Shown here piece after piece: positions 12,945-22,322 of a stretch of DNA of 64,000 nucleotides. Under the pieces are notes generated by a model that was not told the DNA's origin, searched no databases, and was given only the letters and a program-made list of their open reading frames with translations. Origin of the DNA: an uncultured candidate division Zixibacteria bacterium (GTDB lineage Bacteria; Zixibacteria; MSB-5A5; GN15; FEB-12); NCBI GenBank assembly GCA_963735035.1, contig CAVTJJ010000006.1, forward strand, positions 512,001 to 576,000, given 5' to 3'. The translations under genes were made by a program, and so were the position numbers. Positions within the stretch are counted from its first letter, which is position 1; every line of letters begins with the position of its first letter.

Positions 12945-13445
12945 ATGCGGAAAGCATTGATCGTGTTGTTACCGGTGGCCTTTCTCATCCTGGTCGCTTG
13001 GCCGATTCAGGCTCAGGAAAAGGCTGCTCCGAAATTTCTCGACCCCGCCTACTGCTACTTCTGTCAGCCGTTGACCCAGACCGAAGGTTTGATGGACAAC
13101 CTCACCTTCGAAAACCTCAAGATCAAGAACGGCGTCGTGGCGGTGACCACCTACAAGCCCGGATGGAAAGACAAGTACAAAGCCGCCTCGGCAGAAATGC
13201 AGCAACGTTGGCAGACCTACGACCCTACCAAACCGCAGCCGATGTGTGGCCTGTGCACTGCCTGGACGAAACTGCCGATGGACAAGCTGAGCATGGAGTC
13301 GGTTGAATTCAACGGCGGTGAAATGGGCCTCACGACTTCGGCCGATCCCGCCCTTGTGGCGCAGATGCACGAAATCGCCGACAAGACCAACGCGGCTATG
13401 GCCGAAATGATGAAAGCGCCGGCTACGCCGACCGAGCTGAAGTAG
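12945..13445 (+). CDS. Hypothetical secreted protein with two CxxC motifs
   Basis: AAGGAG SD, signal peptide ending IQA, CYFC and CGLC motifs, Met-rich sequence. Confidence 0.8.
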   Translation: MRKALIVLLPVAFLILVAWPIQAQEKAAPKFLDPAYCYFCQPLTQTEGLMDNLTFENLKIKNGVVAVTTYKPGWKDKYKAASAEMQQRWQTYDPTKPQPMCGLCTAWTKLPMDKLSMESVEFNGGEMGLTTSADPALVAQMHEIADKTNAAMAEMMKAPATPTELK

Positions 13446-13464
13446 GTAGTGTGGTACAGTGGTT

Positions 13465-13589
13465 GGCGGACGTCCTCGTCCGACAACAGATTATCGTGGT
13501 GGACGAGGACGTCCACCACGCACAGCGTCAGTGGCGGGTTCGAAGACGGACCCGCCCTACAAATCTGATCCCACCCATAGGGTGGGCCA
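13465..13589. repeat. REP-like cluster between convergent genes
   Basis: GGACGTCCTCGTCC / GGACGAGGACGTCC inverted pair, GGCGGGTTCGAAGACGGACCCGCCCTAC, and ATCCCACCCATAGGGTGGGCCA. Confidence 0.7.
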
Positions 13590-13602
13590 GCACATCTCGC
13601 AC

Positions 13603-15177
13603 CTACCACCAAACCTGTGCGCCAGCGGAGTCAAGCGTGAAGATCCGTTCTTCCTCGCGGTTGGAACCTTTTGCCAACAACCAATACAGCGCCCCGGACG
13701 GCACGTTCTCAGCCACGGTTGGTTGTTCGGTGGCGGTGAATGACGAGACCAACTGCCAATCGTCACCCTTCCAATAGAAGAACTCGTATTCCTGGCCGGG
13801 GATCAGCGCCGATGGTTTGTGTCCTTCGGTTGAAGCATCCTGTTGCTTCTTAGTCGTCGCAGTCAGCTTTATCGAAATCCGCGAAGTCGTATCTGGTGTC
13901 ATCACAGATTGGCGGGCGTCGTTCCCAAGCAGAAACGCCGGGCCGTAAGGTACAATTTTCGCATTCAGATAGAGCGCCGGTAGATATGCCACACCCTTCC
14001 CCATTTCAGAGAAGATCGCGGCGTTGTCTTTCACTCGTCCCCAATAGATCGGTTTCCATTCGCCGTCGTTGAAGATGCATAGATAGGCAATATCTACCGA
14101 GTCGGGAACCGGCTGCGCGAAGGTCACCGCGACGTCGCACACTTCCATGTATTCGCGGGTAACATCGCGATACGCTTTCCCCGCCAGCCAGCCGGGGAGA
14201 GAATCCTGTTTGTGTGGCTGGAACGCCAGCACTTCCGATTGAGCCGCGAACATCTTACGATAAATTTTGGCGGCCTTCCACGTGAGTTGATACTCGCCCG
14301 GATTGGCTTCGGCCCCCATGAACGGAATGACACGCCCGTCGCCGGTTACAATCGCGTTCCAGGCGTGGTTGTTGCCATTGTTGGCCCAATAGGGGGTGTA
14401 GTCGCTGGTGACGCCTATACCCATTGATCTCATAGCAAAGATTGTGACATTGGTCATGTCCTCGCAGCGTCCGAGATGAGTCTGAAGCATTTCAGTCAGG
14501 CCGAGATCAGTCGGGTGATAATAATACCGTTCATCGAAACTGAACCAGGTCTTGATGTCTTCGTTGATGAGCCGGGCCGCTTCGATCGGATCGGATGGGT
14601 TGGTCATGCGCTTTTCGAGGTCCTTGTATTTCTCCCAGAACATTTGGCGCCATCCTTCGAGCGGTTCGTTGCTCCCGCGATAAGGGAGAACGTAATCGCG
14701 GAAATCTTCCCAGGACAGATTCTTCGCCCACGGTTTTTCGCGCCAGGCTCGGAAGGCGTAGTTGATTTGGTTGATGAGAAAATCGGCCGTTAAGATCTGC
14801 ATATCGTAGACTGGTTCGTGACGTCCGAAATCTACCGGACCGCGCACCTTTTCGATAGAATCGGCCGCTCCTTGTAACACAGTGTAGCTGGGGAATGAAA
14901 GAATATCGAACGGTATTTCCGTGCCGGTGGTATCGTGCATGTAGTATGTGACGTAGCAATGAGGCCGCATGTTGGCAATCAGGAATTCGGCGGCCTGCAA
15001 TTTCAGAGTATCGCCCTGTCTCTCATAATACTGCAGCACCTGTTCAAGGTGAGGACGGTTGCCTTTCGCGGAGTCGAGGGTCTTCTCGACTTCCGGGCCA
15101 TAGCTTGTGGCTCCGAATGAGGCGCCGGATGCTATCGAAATGGCGACGATTGTGGAGGCGAAGATTCGAATGTTCAC
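13603..15177 (-). CDS. Exported transglutaminase-like domain protein
   Basis: Signal peptide, YVLPYR, catalytic-like GRCEDM...NHAWNA; GTG start with CAGGAG SD. Confidence 0.8.
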   Translation of the reverse strand: MNIRIFASTIVAISIASGASFGATSYGPEVEKTLDSAKGNRPHLEQVLQYYERQGDTLKLQAAEFLIANMRPHCYVTYYMHDTTGTEIPFDILSFPSYTVLQGAADSIEKVRGPVDFGRHEPVYDMQILTADFLINQINYAFRAWREKPWAKNLSWEDFRDYVLPYRGSNEPLEGWRQMFWEKYKDLEKRMTNPSDPIEAARLINEDIKTWFSFDERYYYHPTDLGLTEMLQTHLGRCEDMTNVTIFAMRSMGIGVTSDYTPYWANNGNNHAWNAIVTGDGRVIPFMGAEANPGEYQLTWKAAKIYRKMFAAQSEVLAFQPHKQDSLPGWLAGKAYRDVTREYMEVCDVAVTFAQPVPDSVDIAYLCIFNDGEWKPIYWGRVKDNAAIFSEMGKGVAYLPALYLNAKIVPYGPAFLLGNDARQSVMTPDTTSRISIKLTATTKKQQDASTEGHKPSALIPGQEYEFFYWKGDDWQLVSSFTATEQPTVAENVPSGALYWLLAKGSNREEERIFTLDSAGAQVWW

Positions 15178-15266
15178 ACGGTACTCCTGTGAGGTTACTC
15201 TATCAGTAGGAATCAAGATATGGAATTGAAACACCGATGACAATATCCGGGTGAGCCCCTGCTAAG

Positions 15267-15303
15267 AAAAGAGATCGGCGATCAAAGTGATCACCGATCT
15301 CTC
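15267..15303 (-). terminator. Probable terminator downstream of the M16 peptidase gene
   Basis: AGAGATCGG...CCGATCTCT hairpin with an A run on the plus strand. Confidence 0.6.
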
Positions 15304-15329
15304 TGTGACATCGAAATGGTTTCAGTGCG

Positions 15330-18300
15330 CTACATCGTCAGCCAGAAATCGCGCGCATAGAGCCGATACACCGGCTGCGGGCTTTCCGTGGAAGTGATGT
15401 AATCCTGAAGGAGTTTGAATTGTGTTTCCGGGCCGATCAGGAAGAACGAACCGTCGTCGCTCTGGGCGAGCGGTTTCCCGTAGCCGATAAGCACCGGTCC
15501 GTAAGTTGACGGCATCAGGTCGGTCAATTCCTGGAGAAGTCCCGGTCGTTGGCGCACTTCCAGTACCTTCTGATTGTATGCCCGGACGACATCCGGCGTG
15601 TAACCATCGGCCAGATCGGCGGCCATCGATTCTCCCCGATCTTCATACTGATTTGGTGCACGTGAGAGGCCGAATACCTGAGCAACCGAGTAGTCCAGCA
15701 AGTCAGGCGTTGGCCTGGCATTCTTCAATTCGTTGACCACGAAGCGCATCGTCTCGGACACATCAGGGCAGCGCTCGGCATAATAGCTGACCCGCCCGCT
15801 CTGCGAATTGTAGCCGTAACCGTTGCTGTACGCCAGACCGGCCGCCCAGGTCTTCATGAACAAGCCATGCGGACCATTGCCTCCATACAGCTTGCCGGAC
15901 AAACAATCCATAACCGAACTGGTGGTGGTATCATACCTTCCGGCTATGTGAGCGCTGTACAAAAGTACGCCGTTCTGCGTGGCCTCATATACGAGTCCGA
16001 CATAGACCGGTTTGGTCAGGCCCGGTTCCCGCGACGCGAGCCGTTCCACTACGCGGCGTTTGGCCGCATACTGCTGTCTGACCGAAGGCTGTTTGCCAAG
16101 TTTCGAAACCAGAGCTTCGATTTTGGGCATGGCGGCTTCACGGTCGGTGGCGTTGCTGATCATGAAGAAGCGGGCATTGTCGGAGCGACGAATCAAGTCC
16201 ATCACCGCGCTAAGCTGTGTCAGGGCAGTCTCGGGGGACATCAGCAAATCACGTTTGGCCTCGCCGCAGAGGTAGCTCCAATCGTTCGCCAGGTTGGCGT
16301 CCGGGATGTCACCCAGCGTGGCCTGGAGCGCGGTCACGAGATCCTTGGCGACAGAAGCCGAATGAGTGCCCAGGGCGCGGTATTGAGTTATCAAGTTCTT
16401 ATCAGCCGCGGACGAAGCAGCTTCGGGGGCCTTTTCCAGGCCAGTCAATGCCGCCGTCAAATCATGACGCGAATGATCGGGTCCGAGAGTTTCCAGCGCC
16501 GCTATGAACGCTGTCAGTTCCTGTCGTGAGGTCTCATCGCCGGGATCGGTCAGCATCCAGCGAAGGCGCTGCAATGAATGCACCCTTGTCAAGAAACAGT
16601 TGGCTGACATGATGAGCGGGTTTTTATCGAAACGGTACCCATTCGACGGCCCGTCGACCCAGCTCTCCTCGGATCCACGAACCCGGTTACGATTGCCCTG
16701 AATCATCTGATCGATGCGGTCAATCATGCGCGGGAGGTTGTCTTTAGAAAGATATGGCGTATAGAGTCCGGCGTTCATCCAGTCGATGGCCGCGGACAAT
16801 TCCTTTGGATTGGAACCTTCGCCGGAGATGACCAGTTCGACACGCCCGGTAGGCAAACCCACAGAGTAGTTGGCACCGAAGCCGAGTACTTCCTGACGCA
16901 GCCGCTCCATCATCTGGTCAAAGGTCAGGGTCTGACCGTCCTTAATTACGCCGATGGCATTGATGACAGACGGCACAAACGGCACGTACACCATCAGGGA
17001 TTCGGGAATGACATCAAGGCGCAGGGCCAGGCCGACCCGGGATGAAGTCATATTGTCGAAAGTGGAAGCCACCATCGGAATGCGACCGGGCAGAGTAATC
17101 ACCTTGTAGTCGAGCTGATCGTCGAGTGTCATCGGCGGGTTCTTGATGAAACCGGGCATATCGAATTTGGCGGCGGCCGAGTCCAGCTGAGCCGTCTTGG
17201 CATCGAAGTCCGCTTTGTAGCGGGCAATTGCTTTCTGTGGATCTGTTACGCCGTATTGTTTCTCCATGTCCTTGACGTAACCGTCGAGGCGCGCCTTCTT
17301 GGCGTCCTCAGCGGTCTTGAGAAGACTCGGATCGGGAATCCCACCCACGGCGTACGGCTTGACGGTCAAAAGCCGCCAGGTGTCGACGCGCTCGCGCCAA
17401 ATGTTCTTGTCGAGCGAAATAAGTGAGTCGATATAGTTGAAGGATTCGGGGAAGACCAGTGATTTGCGGAACCCCGGCACTCTCTCAAGATTCTTCATGA
17501 TTTCAACCCATCGTCCGGCAGGACCTCCTCGGAAACCGAACATGGGCGGTTGATTGAGCACGTTCACCGCCTGCTTGCGCGCTTCAACCATCCGATTGCG
17601 CGTACGAGTGTTGAATTCCTTGAGCTGCTCCGAACCGTCCGGATAGTCGTGCAGTTGGCGTATAGCGCCAATAATCATGTTTCGCGCGCTGTCCAACAGA
17701 GGCTGATTAACCAGCGCGCTCGTGACACCGGTTACGTCGAAACAAATCGGCACGCCGAAATCATCCTCGACCCAGCCGTCTACTCCGGTGGCTCCGATAT
17801 CAATCTTCTTAGTACCAGAATTTACGAACAGATTGTACAGGTCGGACGTTTCGCCACTGCCGAAAGACTGCAGAAACATCTCCAGAACCGCCCGCTCCTT
17901 GTAGTCCAAAGACAGGTCCGCGGGCCAGGAGTACAGAAGGTAGCCGGGGTCCTCGGCCTTGGCACTGGGATAAGTCGCTATCAGTGACGTACCTTCCGGA
18001 GCGGCTGCGGGTGAGGGAAAATCAAAACCGGTGAGTCCCGGAAGGGCACTCGAATCGGGAGTGCTCTGGCACCGATCGAGGGTGGCGCTCATCTGACGAA
18101 GCATCGACTCGACCCCAATCGTCTTGGGTATCGACACCACGGCTCCCATGTTGGCGAGATGGTGGGTGGCTTTGTGGAAGTCCCACATATCTTTCGGCAC
18201 CATGGTGCGCATGACTTCGGGATCGCCGCCGGAAACATCGGTCAGAGGGTGGTTCTGGCCATAGACCAATTGAAACAGCTTACGATACGTGTTGTAATAC

Positions 18301-18902
18301 GGCTTCTCGAACGAACTCACCATTTCGGTGTAGACCGTACCCTTTTCATCGATGGATAGCGTGCTGTCCTGGGGATTCTCAACCACTCCCAGATGGCAGA
18401 CCTCGCGACGGATTTCCTCGTCGGTGAAGTCAGGATGAAGCAGAGCCTGGAGCTTGGCTTCGAAGATTTGGTAGAAAGTATCATCGCCGGCGCAGGTGTT
18501 GAACTGATAGCAGGTGCGATACTGTTCGGTGTACGCGGTGCTGTTGGCGAGCGCCATATCTTCAAGCGCGGCCACATAACGTCCGCGATTCCCTTTGCCG
18601 AGCAGCAGGTGTTCACACGCATGGGGTTCGCCTCGGCTGGCCGAGATCGGAGTCTTGATCCACATGAAGGACTGAGGCACCGACTGAATTTCGAGCAGAT
18701 CGATAATGAACCCGTTCTTTTCGGACATGAAACGGGCGCCCATCGCCTTACCCGACGCGTCATCGTAGAGGTTTACGACCCGAAAGCCGTCGACTACCTG
18801 ATTAGGTTGAAGGCCCTCGAGGAACTCGTCCGCCTGTACCGGCAGGCACAGAAGCACGGCGGCCAGGGCGGCGACACACAGTATTCGCGAGATGAATTTC
18901 AT
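15330..18902 (-). CDS. Exported M16 (insulinase/presequence protease-like) zinc metallopeptidase
   Basis: Signal peptide, inverted zinc motif HACEH, GTVYTEM and SGGDPE motifs, about 1190 aa. Confidence 0.8.
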   Translation of the reverse strand: MKFISRILCVAALAAVLLCLPVQADEFLEGLQPNQVVDGFRVVNLYDDASGKAMGARFMSEKNGFIIDLLEIQSVPQSFMWIKTPISASRGEPHACEHLLLGKGNRGRYVAALEDMALANSTAYTEQYRTCYQFNTCAGDDTFYQIFEAKLQALLHPDFTDEEIRREVCHLGVVENPQDSTLSIDEKGTVYTEMVSSFEKPYYNTYRKLFQLVYGQNHPLTDVSGGDPEVMRTMVPKDMWDFHKATHHLANMGAVVSIPKTIGVESMLRQMSATLDRCQSTPDSSALPGLTGFDFPSPAAAPEGTSLIATYPSAKAEDPGYLLYSWPADLSLDYKERAVLEMFLQSFGSGETSDLYNLFVNSGTKKIDIGATGVDGWVEDDFGVPICFDVTGVTSALVNQPLLDSARNMIIGAIRQLHDYPDGSEQLKEFNTRTRNRMVEARKQAVNVLNQPPMFGFRGGPAGRWVEIMKNLERVPGFRKSLVFPESFNYIDSLISLDKNIWRERVDTWRLLTVKPYAVGGIPDPSLLKTAEDAKKARLDGYVKDMEKQYGVTDPQKAIARYKADFDAKTAQLDSAAAKFDMPGFIKNPPMTLDDQLDYKVITLPGRIPMVASTFDNMTSSRVGLALRLDVIPESLMVYVPFVPSVINAIGVIKDGQTLTFDQMMERLRQEVLGFGANYSVGLPTGRVELVISGEGSNPKELSAAIDWMNAGLYTPYLSKDNLPRMIDRIDQMIQGNRNRVRGSEESWVDGPSNGYRFDKNPLIMSANCFLTRVHSLQRLRWMLTDPGDETSRQELTAFIAALETLGPDHSRHDLTAALTGLEKAPEAASSAADKNLITQYRALGTHSASVAKDLVTALQATLGDIPDANLANDWSYLCGEAKRDLLMSPETALTQLSAVMDLIRRSDNARFFMISNATDREAAMPKIEALVSKLGKQPSVRQQYAAKRRVVERLASREPGLTKPVYVGLVYEATQNGVLLYSAHIAGRYDTTTSSVMDCLSGKLYGGNGPHGLFMKTWAAGLAYSNGYGYNSQSGRVSYYAERCPDVSETMRFVVNELKNARPTPDLLDYSVAQVFGLSRAPNQYEDRGESMAADLADGYTPDVVRAYNQKVLEVRQRPGLLQELTDLMPSTYGPVLIGYGKPLAQSDDGSFFLIGPETQFKLLQDYITSTESPQPVYRLYARDFWLTM

Positions 18903-19074
18903 GTAGTGAATCCTTTCCATGAACTAACCAAACACCACGCCAATAGTACGAATATACGAGGCTTTAGGGCAATGGGTTTCGGAAACGGATTCGCAGACCT
19001 ACCTGTTAACTTCTGTTAATAAACGGAGTGGAACGTTGAGAAGCGCGATACAGGTCAGTCCGACCCATGCAGAA

Positions 19075-19344
19075 CTATGAAGAATGGCGTTGGTCGCAGG
19101 CTAGTTGGTCCTTGGTGACGTAAAATTCACTGCGATAGAATTCGCAACGAGTGCAAGAATTCAGTTTGAGGGCGAAAGTGCCCATTACTTTGCCGCCGCA
19201 GAACGTGCCGGCGATACGGGCGCAGGTATGTCCGTTGGCCGGGTAGGCCGGGCAAACGCCCATCTCAGCGACTTTACTTCCGCCGGCCTCTCGGCCGCAT
19301 TTCATGTATTCCCAGCAGTTCATAGTCTGTGAACCAGTAGTCAA
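19075..19344 (-). CDS. Small Cys-rich two-CW-type domain protein
   Basis: NCWEYMKCGRE...CPAYP...CARIAGTFCGG...CTRCEFY; paralogous to 29152-29439. Confidence 0.8.
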   Translation of the reverse strand: MTTGSQTMNCWEYMKCGREAGGSKVAEMGVCPAYPANGHTCARIAGTFCGGKVMGTFALKLNSCTRCEFYRSEFYVTKDQLACDQRHSS

Positions 19345-19412
19345 ATCAACCTCATGTTCATAGTATCGGTAATTCTCGGCACAGGCATTATACTACTCAT
19401 GGCATTGCAAGT

Positions 19413-19916
19413 TCATGTGTTCAATTGCGTTAACTCGGAAAGTAACGAGAGAGAGCGGTCGTCGAGGGCACGTTGGGTGGCCAGGATGCCATCAAAGTGG
19501 TCACATTCATGCTGAATCAGTTCAGAGCGGTCATTCTCCAGGTGCCAGACAATCTCATTCCGTTGGAGGTCCATGAATCGCAAAGTACAGGAACGATGGC
19601 GGCGTACCTTCACCCGCAGACCGGGAAACGACATACAATCATCCCACAAGACAAATGTCTCCTGACTCAGGTCTTCGAGGACTGGGTTGATCAGATTATG
19701 GGGCGGGTCGGGATGCCAGTAAATCAGCCGCTTCATTACGCCTATCTGCGGGGCGGCTATAGCTCGACCGTAGCCGTGGCGTTGTTTGAAGTCCAGAAGA
19801 GTGTCGCGGAGATCATCGGCGATTGCCTTAATGCCGGCGAGTTCTTCCCGCCGAACGGGCGCACTGACCAGATAGAGCGAAGGATTCCCCAGAAGTATTA
19901 TCTCTCGAACGGCCAC
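19413..19916 (-). CDS. def: Peptide deformylase (variant motifs)
   Basis: AIAAPQIG, DDCMSFP and QHECDHFDG motifs. Confidence 0.9.
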   Translation of the reverse strand: MAVREIILLGNPSLYLVSAPVRREELAGIKAIADDLRDTLLDFKQRHGYGRAIAAPQIGVMKRLIYWHPDPPHNLINPVLEDLSQETFVLWDDCMSFPGLRVKVRRHRSCTLRFMDLQRNEIVWHLENDRSELIQHECDHFDGILATQRALDDRSLSLLSELTQLNT

Positions 19917-19932
19917 GGCGATAAGGACTGTC

Positions 19933-20550
19933 TTAGTTAGAGTAGACCTTTTTCAGGTGCGGAGATTCCATGAGATCGACCGGAGCGACCACCGGCTCTT
20001 GAAGCGGGATGGAATCGCCATACCTCTCCTGAAGCTTGGCTCGTACCGCCGGATGGTCCAATTGATAGCTGCCCAGCTGGCGCGGTGAGGACAGTTCGAT
20101 TCCGGCGCCATCCCGGTAAATCTTCCAAACCAGCTCCGAGCAGTACATCTGGGAGTCGCTCCAATTGAACACCTGGTCGTAGGGTTTACCGAGGTGTTGT
20201 TCGCCAATTTGCTGCATGCGCTTGATAATATCATCGGTTAGCTGCTGACCGGAACTGTCCAATCGGGAGGCGACAAAATGCCCGCCCACTCCGAGGCGGA
20301 TCCACTCCTGCAACGGAATCGTGCGGACCGGCCCGACCGCTTCATATACGACGAAATCGCGATCCTTCTCAAAGATGATGCCGCAATGAGTATACGGTGA
20401 GCCGGTGGCCAGTTTGATCGCCTGACCCTGGGGTGATTCGAGGTCCTGAAATACAATATCACCCGCCTTCGGGGCGTAACCGGAGAAATAAGAACAGCCG
20501 ACTACAATGAAAGCGACGGCTATTAAGACGGCTGTAAGAATTCGGACCAT
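19933..20550 (-). CDS. YiiX/YebB-like permuted papain-like (NlpC/P60) lipoprotein
   Basis: GDIVFQ, ATGSPYTHCGI, GKPYD and YCSELVWKIY motifs; lipobox VVGC. Confidence 0.88.
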   Translation of the reverse strand: MVRILTAVLIAVAFIVVGCSYFSGYAPKAGDIVFQDLESPQGQAIKLATGSPYTHCGIIFEKDRDFVVYEAVGPVRTIPLQEWIRLGVGGHFVASRLDSSGQQLTDDIIKRMQQIGEQHLGKPYDQVFNWSDSQMYCSELVWKIYRDGAGIELSSPRQLGSYQLDHPAVRAKLQERYGDSIPLQEPVVAPVDLMESPHLKKVYSN

Positions 20551-20650
20551 ACTCAGACTCCCTGTACAAAATTTCCTGAGACAATAGGGGAGATGGCCCT
20601 GAGATTGTCAACAAAGAAAGGGGCTGCTGAGCACGCCTCAAAGGTATGGC

Positions 20651-22237
20651 TCAGTTGAACGGAGTCGGGCAGTACGAACTTGCTGACTGCATCACATTGC
20701 TACCACTCGGGGGCGCACCGGAAAACGAGCGATCTATATTGATCGTAACATGGCCGGCGTTAGGCGCCCAGTCCCACTGGAGAAGTTCGGCTACACTATT
20801 TCTGGTCGCATTGGCGACCACAACATTTGCCACCTGAGGGTTGTTAATGCGGGTTAGTGACAAGGACACCTCGAAGAAATTCGAATTGTTTGTGATGGAA
20901 AGGTCCTCAACCAGTCCTTGACCAGTCCAAGAAGTGCCTGTCCAGCGCCCCACAGAATCTCCGTGGTTGCCTATCACGAGTCGGTAGTCAGCACCGATGT
21001 CGCCAATTGGAATGGGCTGGACTAGGTTATTGACTGTTCGAGCTCCTGTTGTACTGTCTTGATCGACATCTATAAAGATTGCTACGTCGATGCCGGTTTC
21101 GGCATTTTTGTAATCACTCCAGCCATTATAAGTTTCGATTCGGAACTGCAGCTTCAAGTTCGTTGTACGCGCATATATCCGGCTCAGATTTCGTGGAATA
21201 GACTCATTGTTGTCCTCTACCAGCAATCGCCAGAGGTAGTGAACCGTATCGATAGCCGTCGTCGCACTGTTGCCGGTATCATCATAAGCGACAGCATAGA
21301 CTGTGTGGTTTGTTCCCAGCACCAACCCGGTCGGTTTCCAGATTCCTTCGTACGGATAAGTAGTATCGTCTGCTCCGACGATATGAGCGCCGTCGGCGTA
21401 GAATTCAACCCGGTTGATCCGATCGTTGTCCGATGCGTTCACCTTAATTATGATCGAGTCTTTGAATACCGTGTTATTCACAGGCCCCACCAGCGCGATG
21501 GTCGGAGGGACTGCATCGGCTATGGTGTGAAAATGCCAGACGTAGGGTGCAGCCAGATGATTGCCGGCACTGTCACGAACGGCCGTGGTGATAGTAGCTG
21601 TGTAGTCGCCTGGAAGCTCAAGCGGCTGGCTGGGAGTGATCGTGACCTGTTGCTTAGAGATATGTGCGAACGTGCCTGAGATATCCGGGCTGAATGTGAT
21701 GTTGGTACCATTCAATGTAGTCGTGTCCATGGCTTCGGAGAAATTCACGACGATTGAAGAGTTCACGGTCGCGGAATCGCCTTCGCCCGGATCGGTTGAA
21801 GTGACTGTCGGTCGAACCGTGTCGGCGTAGGTAGTAAACTCCCAGACATAGGCGGTTGCCAGTGCGTTCCCGGCGGTGTCTTTCGCGGCGGTCGTGACGG
21901 TGGCGTGGTAAGTGATATTTGTGTCGAGCCCGCTGGTTGGAGTCAGGGTTAGGACGTTGCCGGAATATCCAATCGTTCCGGCTGCTGAAGGATTTAGTAC
22001 CACGGTCCCGGCGACCATGGTGGACTGGTTCATCGCCTCGGAAAAAGTAACGCTGATAGCGGAATGAACGGAGACTGTCGAAGCGCCATCCGTAGGAACC
22101 GTATTCAAAACAGTCGGGGGGGTTTTGTCTTTGGGGTCGCTCTTGACCGGGCTGTCGCCGCAGGATCCAAAGCAAAGAAGCAGGCCCAGGGGGAAAAGTA
22201 CTGTTAAGACTACAATGTGAGCAAATCGGTTCATCAT
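20651..22237 (-). CDS. Ig-like (Big_5-type) repeat lipoprotein
   Basis: Lipobox FGSC; repeated DxTPPTV...VTFSEAM...DxAGNxLA...YVWxFxT modules. Confidence 0.85.
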   Translation of the reverse strand: MMNRFAHIVVLTVLFPLGLLLCFGSCGDSPVKSDPKDKTPPTVLNTVPTDGASTVSVHSAISVTFSEAMNQSTMVAGTVVLNPSAAGTIGYSGNVLTLTPTSGLDTNITYHATVTTAAKDTAGNALATAYVWEFTTYADTVRPTVTSTDPGEGDSATVNSSIVVNFSEAMDTTTLNGTNITFSPDISGTFAHISKQQVTITPSQPLELPGDYTATITTAVRDSAGNHLAAPYVWHFHTIADAVPPTIALVGPVNNTVFKDSIIIKVNASDNDRINRVEFYADGAHIVGADDTTYPYEGIWKPTGLVLGTNHTVYAVAYDDTGNSATTAIDTVHYLWRLLVEDNNESIPRNLSRIYARTTNLKLQFRIETYNGWSDYKNAETGIDVAIFIDVDQDSTTGARTVNNLVQPIPIGDIGADYRLVIGNHGDSVGRWTGTSWTGQGLVEDLSITNNSNFFEVSLSLTRINNPQVANVVVANATRNSVAELLQWDWAPNAGHVTINIDRSFSGAPPSGSNVMQSASSYCPTPFN

Positions 22238-22322
22238 ATTTTGATAACAACTCCGCCAGTCTGTATTATACAGCAAAGGGTGAGCCTATCGGGACATTTT
22301 TTGGCCATTGATCCGGGTTCTG

